DNA of 64,000 bases from Phoronis australis (GCA_002633005.1 NMRA01000569.1:1-64000), one strand, 5' to 3'. Counted from the stretch's first letter, positions 39,333-55,244 are shown. Translations and numbers: made by a program. The notes: a model not told the origin generated them from the letters alone.

Positions 39333-41637
39333 CTAAAAATAAAAACAAAAAAACAGATTACTCTTGCCAGTCATGCGTGCATACAACAAGTGCTCCTATG
39401 TGCAGTTTGAAAGATTCACAGAACACAAAAAAAGAATTAGAAGAATAAGTACAAACAGAAAACAATAATACAAATAAAAGTGACACCGAGTTTATCCAAA
39501 AGCGTATTTTTAATGAAATCCTCTTTTTACAATCGCCTTACAATATCTATCGCCTGTCAGCACAACTGTGATGCAAACCAGATATTGCAATATGTGCAAA
39601 TCCAGGTCACGCTTTAGTCACCTATGTTAAAATCGACAAGGAAAACAGCAATGAACAATTTAAAAAACATAAATAATGAGCAATATTGAGATAGCATGAG
39701 AGCAAAACTCATTGACCTAGTAAAGATTCATACAACAGCCAGTTGCAGAGAACTACCACAAGGCATACAAATAAACACCACAAATGCCATTCTTTCCCTC
39801 AAACTCAACATTCACTCAGTAAACCTAAGACAGTGTTCTCCCCACACTTTTTTAATGTGGTTTGTAGCCACACTTGCGCTTAATTACTTCAGCCACCACA
39901 CTCCAACATAAAAAGTTCTTTGATATCAACAACACGATATACACCCTCGAACACAAAAAGCGGATTATCTTGCCACAAAACTACATCGCTCATCCCACTT
40001 TTCCCACATATTTGGGCTTAACAAAATAATTGTCTTACAGCCTTCATGGTGAAGATCAGAGAGTTCATGACGTAGCGTCTGATCAAATGCAGACATCATG
40101 TATTCATTTTAATTCAGAATAAGGGATATTTCACTGTTAGTGTACATCATGCACAATGCAGTTTCAATCACAGTCAGAACACTGTAAGAGATATGTAGTG
40201 TACATCATGCACAATGCAGTTTCAATCACAGTCAGAACACTGTAAGAGATATGTATACTTAGACGCCAACTTACAAAGGAGATGAGCTACTTTTGCCACA
40301 CACGCACGCACGCACGCACACACACACACATCACAGCCAGATACAAGAAGTAAAAATAGTACAAAATTGATACATACTTCAGTTACCAAACTACTGTGGT
40401 CTACTATATTTGTGGTCTACTATATTTGTGGTCTACTATACTTGTGGTCTACTATACTCCCTATATTACCATTTGCATATTACCTCTTATTTTTGCATGC
40501 CAAGAAGGGCATAATATTCTTTGCAACTCAACATATGTTACTTATTTCAACATAGCCAAAAGTGGTTTAAAAATGAAGGCAACATGTAATAAAACTAAAT
40601 ATACATAGTTTGTCTCTTATTTATCAGCGCTGTGTTTACCATGTTAACGGCAGATAATCCCACAATTAAGGTAACAGACGCTGATAAAATAGGGTTAACA
40701 GTTCCCAAATGAAACAGTTTTATGACATCCAGTACGTAAGAATGCACGATAACTTGATGCACACCTAACTTAAGAGGAAAGGAATCTGTCAAGACTACAC
40801 ATGCAATTTTGGATGAACATAATTATAAATTAAAGCATATCTACTTGAATTCATTTCAACCATTTCTATGAATTCATTTGAACGTTATGATATGATATAA
40901 ATAACTGGTTACAATTCACATTAATTGTTGATATAATTTTTTATCCAAGGTTTATCATCAGTCACGACATTTTATGATTTCTTACACCAGAAAAATGATA
41001 AATGGCAAAACAGGTTTTCCATGATTGATGCTAATTCACACCCCGTCAACATTTAACCAACTTTCATGGACACAGGCAACTGTAATGTGTTGTAAGTTTT
41101 CATGAATGATATTAATGATTGATAAAAATTCAGTTCAATAATTCACATACACCTGGTAATTTTTCATCCAAGGACTATCATCAATCATGATGAGTTATGA
41201 TGAGTTCTTATCACTGGGCAATAATAAATGGTCAAGATGTTTTTCATGAATGTTGCCATGAATGATGATTAGAAGGCCCCTTATGAAGCTTGGATAGTGT
41301 CCCTGAAAATAATTCAGAACTCATGACAAAAAATTATACTGCTATACTGTATTGCATCAAGCAGGTCTTGCAAATGTTCTGTATACACTTAATAGGCTGT
41401 GAAAAGTAAAAATTAAAGTGCAGACTGCAGTGTGAAAAAAGCTTACATTTATTACTGCTGTCATGCACTTTAACTACATGATGACTGATACAGGGTTGCA
41501 CAACATACAACATCAGACAGTGCTGCAATATTACACACCTCTTTGTCAGTGTAGACAGCTATGTAGCTTGGCACAAATAAAGCAGTAAACATTCCTTCCA
41601 TCACAAGTATCTTACACTCACCCACTCAGAATGGAAT

Positions 41638-41768
41638 AAAGTATATGTATACCCAGAATACAAGCATGTAAAGTATATGTATACCCAGAATACAAGCATG
41701 TAAAGTATATGTATACCCAGAATACAAGCATGTAAAGTATATGTATACCCAGAACACAAGCATGTAAA
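41638..41768. repeat. 34-bp tandem repeat, ~4 copies
   Basis: aaagtatatgtatacccagaatacaagcatgt-type unit repeated. Confidence 0.85.
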
Positions 41769-42689
41769 AGTTCTATGAAATTTAAACGCACATACTTGTC
41801 TGACTAAACTTAACGCCCCACCCCAAATTTTCACAGTAAATGTCCTTGCTCAACTCGGCCCCACTCCCAATTTATACGATCCCTCAAGACATGCGTTCCA
41901 AAACATATGCGAATCGCTCACCTAGGGGTAACAAACTGCCAGTTTCAGTGGCACTTTGCCAAATTCGGGCACTAAAATACCCACTCTTTGCAGCTTCCTT
42001 TTAGCTCATGCGCATTCTACAATAACATAACATTTTTTGGGTGAATTCTCAAAAAATTAAACTTAACTTTCAAACCCCCACGCCCAACTAACCTTCTTCC
42101 CCCTCAACTTGCCCATTTAAGTGTAAGTGCCCTTGCTGCTTGACGTTAACCAATACAAGTACTACAGTATTCACATCTTTATAGCTGAACTGAAATTTCC
42201 CCTTCTATGTCATCCTCATGTTAAAATGACCTTGGAATACCAGTACTTCCCAAGGTTTTGTAACGTAATGAACAAGAAGCACTTTATTATATCCACCCAC
42301 AGTCATTCGATATAATACAACTAGTCACATTAACTTCTGCCTTTATCCTCAGATATAATATCGTACTTAAGCTCACGATCAATGTTTGACCTTAGCTTTC
42401 ATCTATATTTGATAAAAACATTTATAACTCAATGTTTAACAATCTTCTCTTAGCTAAATTCATAAAAAATGTTGAAATTGATAAGATTTTTCATCATAAA
42501 GTAAGAGTTGTACATTTCTAAAGGAAAATGTTAAATAGAATATCTAACATGTCATCAATAGTCTCCAGCACCTTTCCCACCACATACACAGTCATGTCAC
42601 ATTCACACATTTCTTACTAGCTCTCCAGAAAAATATCCAAATTTGGCCACCTTTGGAACATCATATCTCAGAAATGGTTGATGGAATTA

Positions 42690-42857
42690 TATAAAGCTTT
42701 CAGATACTATGTTTCATGTAGAGCTCATCATTTAAAGCTTTCAGATACTATGTTTCATGTAGGGCTCATCATATAAAGCTTTCAGATTATACTATGTTTC
42801 ATGTAGGGCTCATCATATAAAGCTTTCAGATAATATGTTTCATGTACGGCTCATCAA
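42690..42857. repeat. ~39-bp tandem repeat, ~4 copies
   Basis: ataaagctttcagatactatgtttcatgtagggctcatc repeated. Confidence 0.85.
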
Positions 42858-43866
42858 CATGTTATTAGGGATTGTTTTTAAAAATGTTCCTTTTTTGCAT
42901 GAGGACTTTAATGGTTTTTATGAAAAACTTTAACAGTTTGAGGATATGAAAATGGGAAAGCCTTATCGGAAAACCGTAAAAGCATTTTCAGGCTTTATCG
43001 TGACAAAATATCTCAAAACAAAATATAGTAATGTTATAAATATCGATCATTTGATACGAATGAACCTTTTGTTTTTTGCCAAATTTTACTAAAAAGACAC
43101 AGTCACATGACTCAAGCCATTTGTAAAGTCAAAAATCAAAGTCTACATGCATTCTAATTTCAGAAAAGATCTACTTTACAGAGTTAAATTATTTAAGCTT
43201 TGTAGATTTGATTAAATGCACTTCAAAGCATTAATAGTAAGCTTTTGGTTAGTCCAACCAACAAAGCTGATGAATGATGGGAAGACTAAATGCTTTAATA
43301 TGACACTGGACATTTTAATGTGTGCAAGTTGATCAAATACACTGCCTACCAAAACAGATTAGTGTACCCTATCCAGTGTTTGAACAGAAAGTTTCCATGT
43401 TCAGTGTCCTCTGGCACATACAGTTCATTTAGCTCCATATTTGCTAACTATTGATTTCCATACCAGGTGTGTGTAAAGCAGGCTCTCATGAATAACAATT
43501 TCCATTGCATCAGCATATTTACCAGTGTTAGTCAATAATGAAATATTAAATTCTTGCTTCTGCGAGACTGCGAAAAACCCATATCAAACAAAATGCAAAT
43601 AGAGTCATGAAACATCAAATTCAAGCAACACATCAACATCAAACATTATCACAATATCTGATTGCATTTTCTGAGAAACACTTTTAAAGCAGGGTAAAGT
43701 CAACTATAAAACACATACATCATCTCAACATATGCAATCTAACGTAAAAGGCAACATGCCATCAGTGCAATTAGTAGATGTTGCATAGCATATGCGGTAT
43801 TAGCTGAAAAGAAAATTATTGAAGCTGACAACCTATCCACATTTGGTATTGATTTTATTCACTTAC

Positions 43867-43977
43867 CCTAAAATCTATTCCAACTGTGGAAATGAAACTT
43901 CCTGACAAGAAAGCCCCATCTTTAAATTGCACCAATAGGCAAGTCTTACCAACTCCACTGTCCCCAATTAACATGAC
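43867..43977 (-). CDS. RAB26: RAB26/RAB37-like exon 2b (P-loop and switch I, canonical type)
   Basis: tttag|[37 protein letters not shown]|gtaagt, 111 nt. Confidence 0.96.
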
Positions 43978-46523
43978 CTAAACGACATTGACAAACAAAA
44001 GAGTCACAAAACAAAAATTACAACAGTCAATAAATAAAGAAGTTAAGCACACCCACAAACAAGTTTTGCACAGAAACATAGGACTGGTGCAGAATGTGCA
44101 GTAATAATACCAAGGACAAGTGAAGAATGATTTATCTCTTTTCAAATTTTATGTCTGCATTGCAAATCATTATGCAACAGCACAGTCGACTGGTAAGTTA
44201 ACTTTAATGTAAAGTGGTGATAAGCACAGCAGCCAAATACAACTGTGGGGCAAGTGTCTTATGAGTGCACAGCATTGTGGGTAACTACCATAGAGTCATA
44301 GAGGGCACGGTGGTAGTCCAAAAAGTGTTGTACAGCAAGACACGCCAATAGAATACGCTTCATTGGAACTAACTACAAAAAAAATTACCACAGATTTACA
44401 AAAGCCATAATGAAAAGTGACAAATTTTGTATACTTGAACACTGATCACAGAAGTGTATCCTCCATGAAGTCTGTCTTTTAACCAATCAAATGCTTACTA
44501 GTATGCCAGAAACAGAATTATATTAAATTTTTTTACATTGAAAAACACAAGTAAGAGTTTAAACCAGAGCATTAATTAATGTGCCTGAAAAGCAGTGTCT
44601 CGTAACGAAAAATATCAGTGAAAGATGGTATTGAACAACTGGATGAACAGGGTGAAAAACAGTTATGTCTGACTGTATCATGGACAGCCACCTGGGGATT
44701 ACATACATAGGCAGCATACCAGACAAGACACGCCACTCAGAGTGACTTTTTCACAGCTACTTTTAATAAGAAAGAATGCAGGACTCGATTTGGCAACCTG
44801 CAACTTGCCCATGCCACTCCAGATTCTGCTTGGCGAACTGCAAAAAATTCCAAGTAGCTGTTAAGTTGCAGCATTTTTGCGAGTTACAAACAAGTCCCAA
44901 GTGAGAAGAACTCTGCTTCCTCCTTAGCCAAGAACTGACTGAGAAATCTGTTATCATTGCACACATTCCATCCATATTTTACATTCAACCAAAACAAAAA
45001 TGTCACTGGGATTCTTTTGGATTTGCGGTGCACATTTGCTCCTTGCACTTTGGCATAGTTTGACATAGATCCACATGTGCTGCTTTTTTAATCATTATTT
45101 ATTTTTGTCGTTTCTGAAGGACAGGACTTTGCATTGCTGCATGTGGGTACGTTTCTCGTTTTGGCGAGATCATTTGCTATTTGGCAACCGGATTTCACCA
45201 GGCCACAACTGTCAAGTTGACGCTATGCTATATGCTACTGAGCCCCTAAGGTGCATTTTCCCACCTATTTACCTACAAAAGGGTTCACTTTGTGGATGAG
45301 GAATGGTCCACTTTACAACGTAACTTTACAGGGCCATAGTCAGACAGTAAGGTGCCAAATACCTCACCCTCCAGTAATATTTACCTTCCCCCAGGCCTAC
45401 TGTTTTGTAAATCTTTGAGTTACCGTAGTTGGGTTAATTAAAAATACAATAAAATTAAATGAATAAGCCCTATAAATTGAAATGATTAATACCATCGTAA
45501 TTTGTTTCATACAAACATCAACAAATGAGTCCCTTTCAATCATTAACTCTAACGTTAGGAAGAAGTTGGTTTCATCATGCAGAGTGGGTAATGTCTCACA
45601 GTACATCCTCAATTCCCCATCTTAACCCTCACCCTGGGACATAGACAGATCTGTGAAGAGCAGTGTTAGGCAATCCAAGCTCAGTGTTATATAGCCACCC
45701 AGATAACTGTATGAATGAAGAATAACAACAAAATACAGATACCGGTAGTTCTGCTCATCACTTTGTTACAAAACTTACCAAAAACATGTTGAGCTGACAA
45801 CTGGACGAGGTGCATGCAAAATATGGGAGTCACCGCTAAACAACACTCACCTTGCCCATTACACCCTAACAAACTAAGAAACGTCATTTTCTATGTTGTA
45901 AACTTGAAAACATCAAGTACATTCGTGTCGAGCAAATGCACTATAAGTTTTTAAGGTTAAAACTTTTTGCGACATTTTTAAACGCACCACGAATTTAGAA
46001 ACATCGGTAGAACAGCAATTTTTAGCACTTGTAACAAATTGCAAGAGGAATGTGGTTTTAATGATGCTAATTTTTGTGTTTATTTTATAAGGTCATTTTT
46101 ACCAGTTTCAGTCCAAAACTCAGTGTATTTTTATTCATATTTGCACCAATAAAGCCACCAATTCCAATTAGTCCTTATAATGGCATACATTTGCAAAACT
46201 GGTTAGCAGGTCTGTAGTATAGTAAGAGTCGACTCGACAGAGCTAATCGCTTAAACTAGACCATCGACGTTAGCAGGTTAGTACACCAGCTCACCAGTTG
46301 TTTACATCTTGGAATCTAGTTTACATATTTAAATAAATCAAGGGGCTTCAGTGATAAGTGTCGCTACAATTGAAGGTTCTGTGAATGTCAGATCCGCCCA
46401 AACCCAAACAAAACCAAGTTGTTTTGCAAATATAACTGTATACTATAACTTATCTAGCAGGCCTATCTATGTTTAACCGGTCCCGAACCGAAGATGACGA
46501 CCTAACTTCGAAAGGCAAACAAC

Positions 46524-46631
46524 CTTGCAAGCGACGTCAAAATAGTCTCCAGCCGGGGAAGTGGAAGCCTGCCGTACAACCCCATTCGTTGCAGGTATAC
46601 TCGATTTCGTTGCTGTTCGTTCCTTTCCCAT
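46524..46631 (-). CDS. RAB26: RAB26/RAB37-like first coding exon 1b (proximal promoter)
   Basis: MGKERTATKSSIPATNGVVRQASTSPAGDYFDVACK|gttgtt. It ends like RAB26 (YDVAFK) and lies in a CpG-rich patch. The isoform is 227 aa. Confidence 0.8.
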
Positions 46632-49600
46632 GTGTTTTTCGTGTCGTTTGCGAATTATTCAACAACTTGTCGGTGTCATCGTGCCCTTTTATTTTTCGCC
46701 CGTGTGCTCTTCTTCAATATGGCTGTTTTGTCGTCACTCGAGATGCTGCGCCATCTGACGACAGCTTAGTTTTCAGTTGCTGCCGATTGCGGAACGAGCA
46801 CCATCGATTCAAATATTTAATCTATGGAGGATTTTGTCGGGAAATTTTACGCTTTCTTTGAAGTTGAAAGATGGTCCACGTTTTACTTGAAGTGATCCTA
46901 TCATGGAGATGGGTGGCCGGCACTGGGCAATCCAACTGGGAGATTTTCGGGTTTTTGAAACCGATACTCCAGGCACCCCACAAATACTATTGACGGACTT
47001 GCCATGTTGTATGGCGAATCATAAATTTCCAAGTTATATTAACGCATATCACTTCTGGAGATGACTAGACACCTCGTGTCTATTTTTTCACCCGAAGAGT
47101 CCTCGGGAATTGCATCGGAAAACTGCTAAGTTGTGTTAGGCCTATTTTTAAGACCCCGAGAATATTAAAAAAGAAGCGCGCGATGTCATCTTGGGCCACC
47201 GTACTAATTAGAAGGAAATGTAGTTAAGAACAATTTTTACGCCGACGCTAACTTCAGAAAGTGGGGTTTCAGATGTTATAATGAAAGTAGTTCAACAGCG
47301 GAAAATGTGAAAATAATTTATTCGTAGTTCCCAAGGTTACCAATAGACTACGAGTAATCCACATGTCATAATTCAGTGCAGGCTTACGCTGCACAACATT
47401 AACTTCTATAAAAAAAGCGTCAAGGACTAATGACATCAAATTATTTCAAAAGAAAAATTATTGATAATAAAAAATCGAAATTCGCCAGAAGAATCGTTAA
47501 GTACAAATTAATGTGTAAACTTGCACTTGTAATGAAAGCGTGGTGGCACCACATGGTGATTCGAAGATTACTCTCCACGGCGACAGTTACAGCCGGTGGA
47601 CGGTGGGGTCCCAAATTGTTCCTGTATCAAATCAGATGAAATTTGGTTTGCAAAGAACTGGCAATTAGTCATTTCTTGACACCAGGGCCGGTTTTCCAAC
47701 CCTCAATTGCAAATTCGAAAGTGGTGCATGTACGGTTCCCTTTGACTTGAAGTATCTTATTATGAGAGCAATTTTATGAGCGTGTTTTCTTCGATTTTCG
47801 TTTAGCCGCCAACTAAATAGGGTAAAATGCAATTCCAGATTAGTGTTAGAAACTCTTTTTGATTTAGATCATTTACCGCTGTTGGTCTCAGCCAACTTCT
47901 TCTTTATTCAGATGAGATTTGTTTTAAGATCTAGCATGCGGCAAAGAATGCTGGCCGAATAATATGAAGGACGCGCCGTGACATAGAGCTTGACTCTTCT
48001 ATTCATGCCCAGGAATCACACTTTGTATTTTGTGACTACAAGTTGAGACCAATTTTGTAAAGATAAGTGATCTAAATCAAAACCTTTGGATGACTGCGAC
48101 GCCAGGGGAGATAGGCATTTTTCAAAATACATACTCTGTCACTTTTAAAGGTGTAGCCGTGACGTTCGCTTGAGGCAGAGAAGAGATGCGGAGCCATAGT
48201 ATGTTGTAGTCTTCGTCACGTGAACCTGCTAGTCCGCCGGCCAACTGTTATTAGCTGAATAACCCCAATATCAGTGCTTGTAGTTTCATTCGTCCAGACG
48301 AGTATTGATTAATTACTCCGGAGCAGTCGTGTTGGTTTTGCAACAGCTTTTGTTTAGTTCGTATCCTCTCGTGCAGCTATTATCCGGAGCAGTTATAAAG
48401 CCCGCCAAATTGTACGGTACTCAAAGAATGTGAGCTGGGTTTAGTTCAAGATGGATTATTATGTAACAATGAATGTTGACGATCTCGTTGTTTGTCTTTC
48501 AATTGAAAAGTTGGCACTGTTATCCCCAAGAGGTACTTGCATTGATGAGGGGTCAGTAACGTGACTTGTCGCCCAGGCTGAGGTGTCTTTTCAGCCAGGA
48601 ACTCTTCAAAATGAATCATTTTCCCAACAGAACTCCACAGAAGTGTATCATATTTTTCATTGAAGATTTTTGTGTTGAAAAAAGAAAAAAAACAAGGGAA
48701 TGTTCACTTAATTTTTGAACTGATGAATAGTTTCAGAGCATTTTGTAGTGTGTGAAAAAGACTAATGATTCTTACATTTACAGCAGTTGTGCTAACCCCG
48801 ACGTGGGGTATCATATACCTTGCCGGCGCTCTAGAAGGGGGGAAGGTAGTTAATTTCTTATTGTTCGGAACACCCCGTCAAATATTGTTGCTCATACCCC
48901 CCGGGATGCATACCTTACAACTGTGGTGAATGAACTCTCTTAGGGCACCAATGACTTAGGTGTATCCGGTTGTCAATCGATGCGGTGTTACCGTAACACT
49001 GTCCCGGTATGTCAGTATCACAAGCGTTTGGTCACTGACCCCTGATGAAGTGGGAACGCGAAAAGTTTGCTAATACATTGGGTAAATTTTAGATTTTGCC
49101 GTGTAGATGAAAAGCCCTTGAAACCAAATAACGCGCCAATTTTTAAAGTTTACTAGCTACGTCACATAAACTATGAGCGTATGTTATACTAAAACATATA
49201 CCAGACTGAGATTTGAAGATTACTATGGGCCGTGTTAAAAGTTGTAAGTCTAGTCGTACATTGTAGCCATACTGTGGTACCTTAATTAGAGTTTTATTGA
49301 TAAATAACTGCTGATAGAGGTGGATCTTCAGGTATTTGAATATCAAGCTACGATCACGTTTACGATACAGTAGCACTATTTCGCTCTTACAAAAAATGAT
49401 GCACAACCTTTGCAAAAACATCCCTACGGCCGTATTAGCAACGATCGGACTTCCGGCATTTGATAAAACGGGCTCTAAGACCTTGACGAGAGCAGGCTTG
49501 AGCTTTACAATACGATGGAAGTTGAGCTTGACTTCTATTTTTTGAAACTGTCAACCTTAGGTTCTCGAAAAACATGACTTGAGGGAACCAAATATGGTTA

Positions 49601-49806
49601 TACTCTATTGGCATAGGCACCCTGAACATTTTCTCAATAAAAAATTCGTCATCTTTGCACAGCAGGCTAGTCACGAGCAATACCACAGACATTTTAGATA
49701 CAAAGTGACAGCTTTATCATCACGAATACTTTATAGGACACACGTACTCCTGCTCAAACACACGCACTGACACCCGACACAAGCGTGGTCACATCACGAA
49801 GTTTAC

Positions 49807-49917
49807 CGTGAATCCTATGCCGACAGTGGCTGCAAATGATCCACTTTGGAATTTTCCCTGATCGAACTGCACCAATAAAGACGTCTTTCCAACGCCAGAG
49901 TCGCCAACTAAAATTGT
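49807..49917 (-). CDS. RAB37: RAB26/RAB37-like alternative exon 2a (duplicated P-loop and switch I)
   Basis: tttcag|[37 protein letters not shown]|gtaaac. It is 111 nt with the same phases as exon 2b. Confidence 0.92.
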
Positions 49918-50832
49918 CTGAAATAAGAAAAAGATGTCTCACTGTCAATCCTATGCACGACAAATTTCAAAAAATTATGATAATTCAAGTTAAATCGGAT
50001 AATCGGCGGTAAGACCACAAAATGGCAGATTTTACTTGTTGCTTTACATGTGAACAATAACAGAAAAATACGTAACGAAAAAATGGCAACAAGAATCCTT
50101 GAAAGCATGCCCCCCCAAAAAAAAATTCTTCCTGATTCCATTTGACAGTTCGGGGGTGCGATTGGCTGACGGGCAAAATCCTGGCTAACTTTCCCCCGGC
50201 CCCCCTCCTAAGTCAAAATCCTGGATCCGCCCCTGGTTTGGGGTCGTCATTTTGTTCATACTCGTTTGTAGTTATCGTCTCAAATTTGCTGTAAAGTAAC
50301 TTTTCTTTTCAGATTCTGTTCGAGAGAAGTTTAGTTATACTTCAGAGTTGGTGATTTGTGATGTTCTCTGTAAACAGGCTACCACGTAAAATGATATCAT
50401 ATATTATTATTTTTTGCGTGCTATTCTATTCTCTCCTAAATTATCTGTTTCTGTTTCCGGTTAGTGTCTTGTGACGACATAATAGCTGACTATGATTAGC
50501 AGACGATGTAGTTGCCGGAAATAACACTAGATAATTTGGCCAGGTGTCGCCAGTGAATAAGGAAGTCGTTGCCTTAATGTCAAAGCTCATTACCCTGGTG
50601 TTCATATATAAAGAGAACATACCAACAGGAAACGTGATGCACTCGACAATAACTTCCATCTCGCAATAAGGACACAATCTATTTGGCTGGCTTGGAATTT
50701 CAAAGTAGGCCTACCGTCCCCGTTCAAACATTTAAATCTTGTTAACAGTTTTTATACACGCCACGTTTTGTACCCATAACATCGTGTTCTCTCTCCTCCT
50801 CCCTCCCTCTCTCCCTCTCTTCCTCTCTCACT

Positions 50833-50869
<37 letters not shown>

Positions 50870-53800
50870 CCCTATGTATTACGGGATTTCCCTTTTCATA
50901 TTGATAAGATTAGCGTATTTACATTCTATTTCAGAACACTTTAAAACTTAAACCAACATTTTTATCGTCCTTTGATAATCTTTGTTTTATCATAATTGTT
51001 TTTCCCAACTCTCAGGCCTCTGGCCGCAACATTGGGTGCTTATCATAATTGTTTTTCCCAACTCTCCTCTGGCCGCAACATTGGGTGCTGTAATCCTGAA
51101 TGTTACACGAATTTGTAAAATTTATTATGGAAAACTTCAGTGTCGTCACCCACACGATGACCCCAACTTTCTGCTCCACACTGCATCAGTTATAATTAGA
51201 AGTCACATTTCCACCGCTACACCAATAAACCCTGGAATAAACAATTTTTAGAGTGAGTGCTTTCGATACACTTTTGCTAACCGTTTTGAGGTCCATATTC
51301 TTTTAGGAATAAATTTAATGCTGAGTTATTTATGTTTGGATATATCAAGTGCACTTTCATGGAAAAACATTTCTCAGTGTTAGCTCCCTAGATAGACCCC
51401 ACTTTGAAGTTAATTCGATCATTTTAGTATTTTACAAATTACGTAATAGTTGCCAGATTTTAATATAGTCTGCTAAATTATGGATAGTTTTGTAACGTGT
51501 CAAGCTGTTTCAAAGTTGGAAGATTTCTCTGTGAAAGCTCGCTTTGTTAGCATTTGTGTTTTGCGAGGAATACTGGTTGATAAGTGACGCCGACGTGGAC
51601 AGTATTGATAAAGCAATTATCTAAGCGAATATGTTGATGTCCATGCGCTCAGTCTATCAGACTCTCAAACAAAACTATGTTACACGATTTCAGTTGATCG
51701 ACTAGGATAACACTTTATCAACTATGCCTATTATAAAAATTGGTTTATGCTCGAGCGCCAATTTGGCGTGGGTATTTCAAAGAATGTATAGCGAACTCTG
51801 CATCGCTCATTAATCTTCGCTCGCAATTATGTTTTGCCAGATTATCAGATGAAGGCCGTTTGAAACTCCTGAACGTGGCTAGTAGTGGAGTCAGGATAAC
51901 ATTCTCGTAAATCTGATAATGCACTTGAAATGAAAGCTACGTGACTAGTACATCGGCGGATCCAAGGGAGAGTGCAGGAGTCTGGACCCTTTTAGCGAAA
52001 TCGGCAAACAAAAACCACAGGAAAAAGAGACGATTTTTATTTTTTCATTTTTTGTAGACCACTGGGGGCAGAGATAACGAAAATTAAATTACATTAGCGC
52101 TTTTTCCATTCATTGTTTGTGATAGATAATTTTCTTCAGAAACCTGTCATTTTACTTGGACTTTCCCTTCGTAAAAAGCGTGGACCCGCCTTTGGCAATT
52201 TAAGTAGGTTTACAACTACTGTAAACCAACAATTGTCCTTCACCTTTTTCAAACAACGTACAAATTTTCGGCACAGAATTTTGATTGTCTTCTTATGACC
52301 GAGCTTCACAATTACGAATAATCTTTTCTTTACAATATCACAAAATTTTCTAAGTTAGAAGACCATGCAAAATGTAATGAAAAGTGGACTTGCACAGTGA
52401 CAGTGCTTTTATGAAGCATCAATCATAACGAGGACAAATGAAGCAGGTTAGTAAAATCATGTTAACTATGCCGGCTGGATCGAATGTACTTTTCAGATTG
52501 AGATGAATATTGTTTACCATAAGCACTGGCGTTACACGTTTTTCAATTATCTATATTAGTTGGCTAGAGAGATACACCTTTCTTGAAAAGACACAAATCT
52601 CTTTTTAAATGTGAGGGCAGGTGTATCTGTCATATTTAATCCTTCACTAGGTGGCAGCACCATACGACTGCAAGAAAAATATATTCGGCTGATTCACGTG
52701 TGATGAAAAACAGGGAGCCCAGTGACCGGTTGTGCATAACAGTCCCAAATAGGGACTAAACCAAGTTCCCTTGTGGGTTTGTGAAAACACTGAATGTCAT
52801 TTCTTATAGCGTTTGAGTTTCGTTACTAAATTAATGTTTGGCTTTGATACAAATCGAGAGTCAAGTCTACGTTGAATTCTCAATATTATTGAAAATCTGA
52901 GGGATCTAACTTAGGGACCAAGTCCTTAATTATTTTGACTGAATTGAGGGTTCACTTTTGAGATACATTATTAGAAAATGTCATTCGTCAACGAAGAGCT
53001 CATAATAAAGATAAAATGATAGAAAAAATATTTCACCTATGGGTATAGAACAAAACAAATATGCAACGGATTCAGGGATCTTAGTTATGTCCCTATTTGG
53101 AACTGTTTCATGCAACCGGGCACAGGTGGATTCACGAAGCTATGTTCTTAGATATTAGAACAAGGCAAACGCGTTATACATAAGAATGACGAGGGACGTC
53201 AACTTGGAAGCAGATACTTGTAGGCCTACTGTTAAGAAAAGATATGCTGACGTATGACCTACTGTTTCACAAAGTCACATTTCAGTATCATTTGTTTCAC
53301 AGACTGGTCTAGTGAACCTATCCCTTGTTAAAATTTCACTAAAGTTTTTGTCTCTGTTTAGCTGGCTAAAAGCGAAATTGAATTAACGCTTTCATTCTCA
53401 TAGAATCATAAAATAACTCTCGTAATATTCCTTATCGTGATATGATTCTATTTTCCGGCCGTTACCAATAACATCAAAACCATCAGCGACTAAAAAAACG
53501 CTTCAGACTTTATTGGGTTAGCCATCCCTAAAATAACTAGCTCAAAATGGCGTGTGAACATATTGCCCATGTGAACGTATTGCCCGCCGAATGAACATAT
53601 TGCCTGTGTGAACATATTGCCCGTGTCTTGAGTCACTTGCCTGCTCATTCTGCAACAATTCAAGATTGGAAAAAGTGGAAATGTATTTAAGCCCAAAACG
53701 CCTCTGTTAAGACTTCAACTTTGACAGCTATGCAGCGACAAAATGAACCAATAAAGTAATCTCCAGGAACATGTCTTTTCCAAGTTGTATTAAATTGGGG

Positions 53801-55242
53801 ATGGATGTAAAAAGTACTCAAACTTTTCATCCTACAGTAATGCTGAAAATGTATCCCATAACGTACCTACGTGCACTGACCCATGTCAACAGCCATCTTG
53901 CACTTGAAAATGGAGAAAATCAAAAGTTGGGATCTGCGACAAAATTTTGTGTTTCCTCATAAAAATGGTGAAAGTTCTTATCAAAGTCTGTCATTTATTA
54001 CCATTAACTCATAGCTTATGCAACGTCGTGCTCTATTAGACTCAAACTTCAATTTCAAGTTTGTAAATTAATACACGTCAAAGTTGACTACCAGGCACTG
54101 CGTCACTAAACCTCGCCCACAGTCAAACGGTAATTTTATTTTCCATAATCAACTCATTTTTTCAACTGTTATCAATTCCTGAACACGCCCACGTCAACAT
54201 TGCACACTTACTCTGAAGTCCGGTTCATCATTTCCTGATATCCCGTTTTCCATCTTTTTGTTTGTCACTATAAAATATTCTGTTTGAATCGACGAGTCAG
54301 CTAGCTATCACCATTGATAAGTCGATGAACATAAGGCACGCATACGATTCAGTCTACAATGTCCGCTACTCCACCTCTAGTTAAGCGTCTGTCTGTTCAT
54401 GCTCAATAACTTTCCATTGCTTGATCAGTAAATGACAAGCAAACAACGGAACCATCAACATAATATATCCGCAGACTGGATTTTTCGCCGATAAAATGTT
54501 TAGGAAGAGCCGTGTGTCTAAATAAATGAATTCAGATGTCACTGAACTCAAATGTCGAATTACAGTCAGTCATCGCATTATTTACCAGTTCCTTCGTGGG
54601 TTTATTTGTTAATTATTCATTTTCTTATTCCAAAGAGAGCTTTGTTGCTAGAAATAGCGATTGTATATTATGCAAACCTATAGCGCGCTAATAACGCCAA
54701 GAGCGCTGCAAACTTAATTGTTCGTGGATACGAATATTCGATATTGACGACAGATCACGAAAGCCCAACTATTCATCAACGACAACATTGGGTATTTGTG
54801 TTATACGTAATACACATATAGTCCGTAATGGATGAACAGCGTGGAAATTGATAAAACGCAGAGTCAGAGCAGGTTCTGGAGTTGCTTTCACTGACAAGAT
54901 AAAATGGATAGATGCATATCGCTACAGCTCTGTTTGCGTAGTTACAGATAAGACATTTTTCAAGCGTGGGATTATTTGCTGATTACACGACGACGGAAAT
55001 AAAGCGCATTAGGGCATGGCCAGTAAAGATATCGATTTGCAGTTTCCTCACTGAGAATGCCAAAAAATAGGACTTGTTTTGATCTGAACTGTTATACTCC
55101 AAGTACGGTAACAGTTGTTCAAAATCTGACTACATAATTGATACACTGTGGCCCTATAACAAAGGATATTATAAAAAGAAATAGAAAGTGAATGCAATTA
55201 ATCTCGTGAAAGTTTTCGATTCGAACGAGAGAGGGAGGGAGG

Positions 55243-55244
<2 letters not shown>

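Noticed and set aside
40039-40078. Possible extra 40-nt Rab exon (cag|...|gtaaga)
   Set aside because: It shifts the frame, has a weak polypyrimidine tract and has no Rab similarity.
46469-46861. 130-aa plus-strand ORF
   Set aside because: It is an antisense shadow of the GC-rich Rab exon 1b and promoter, with no recognisable protein.
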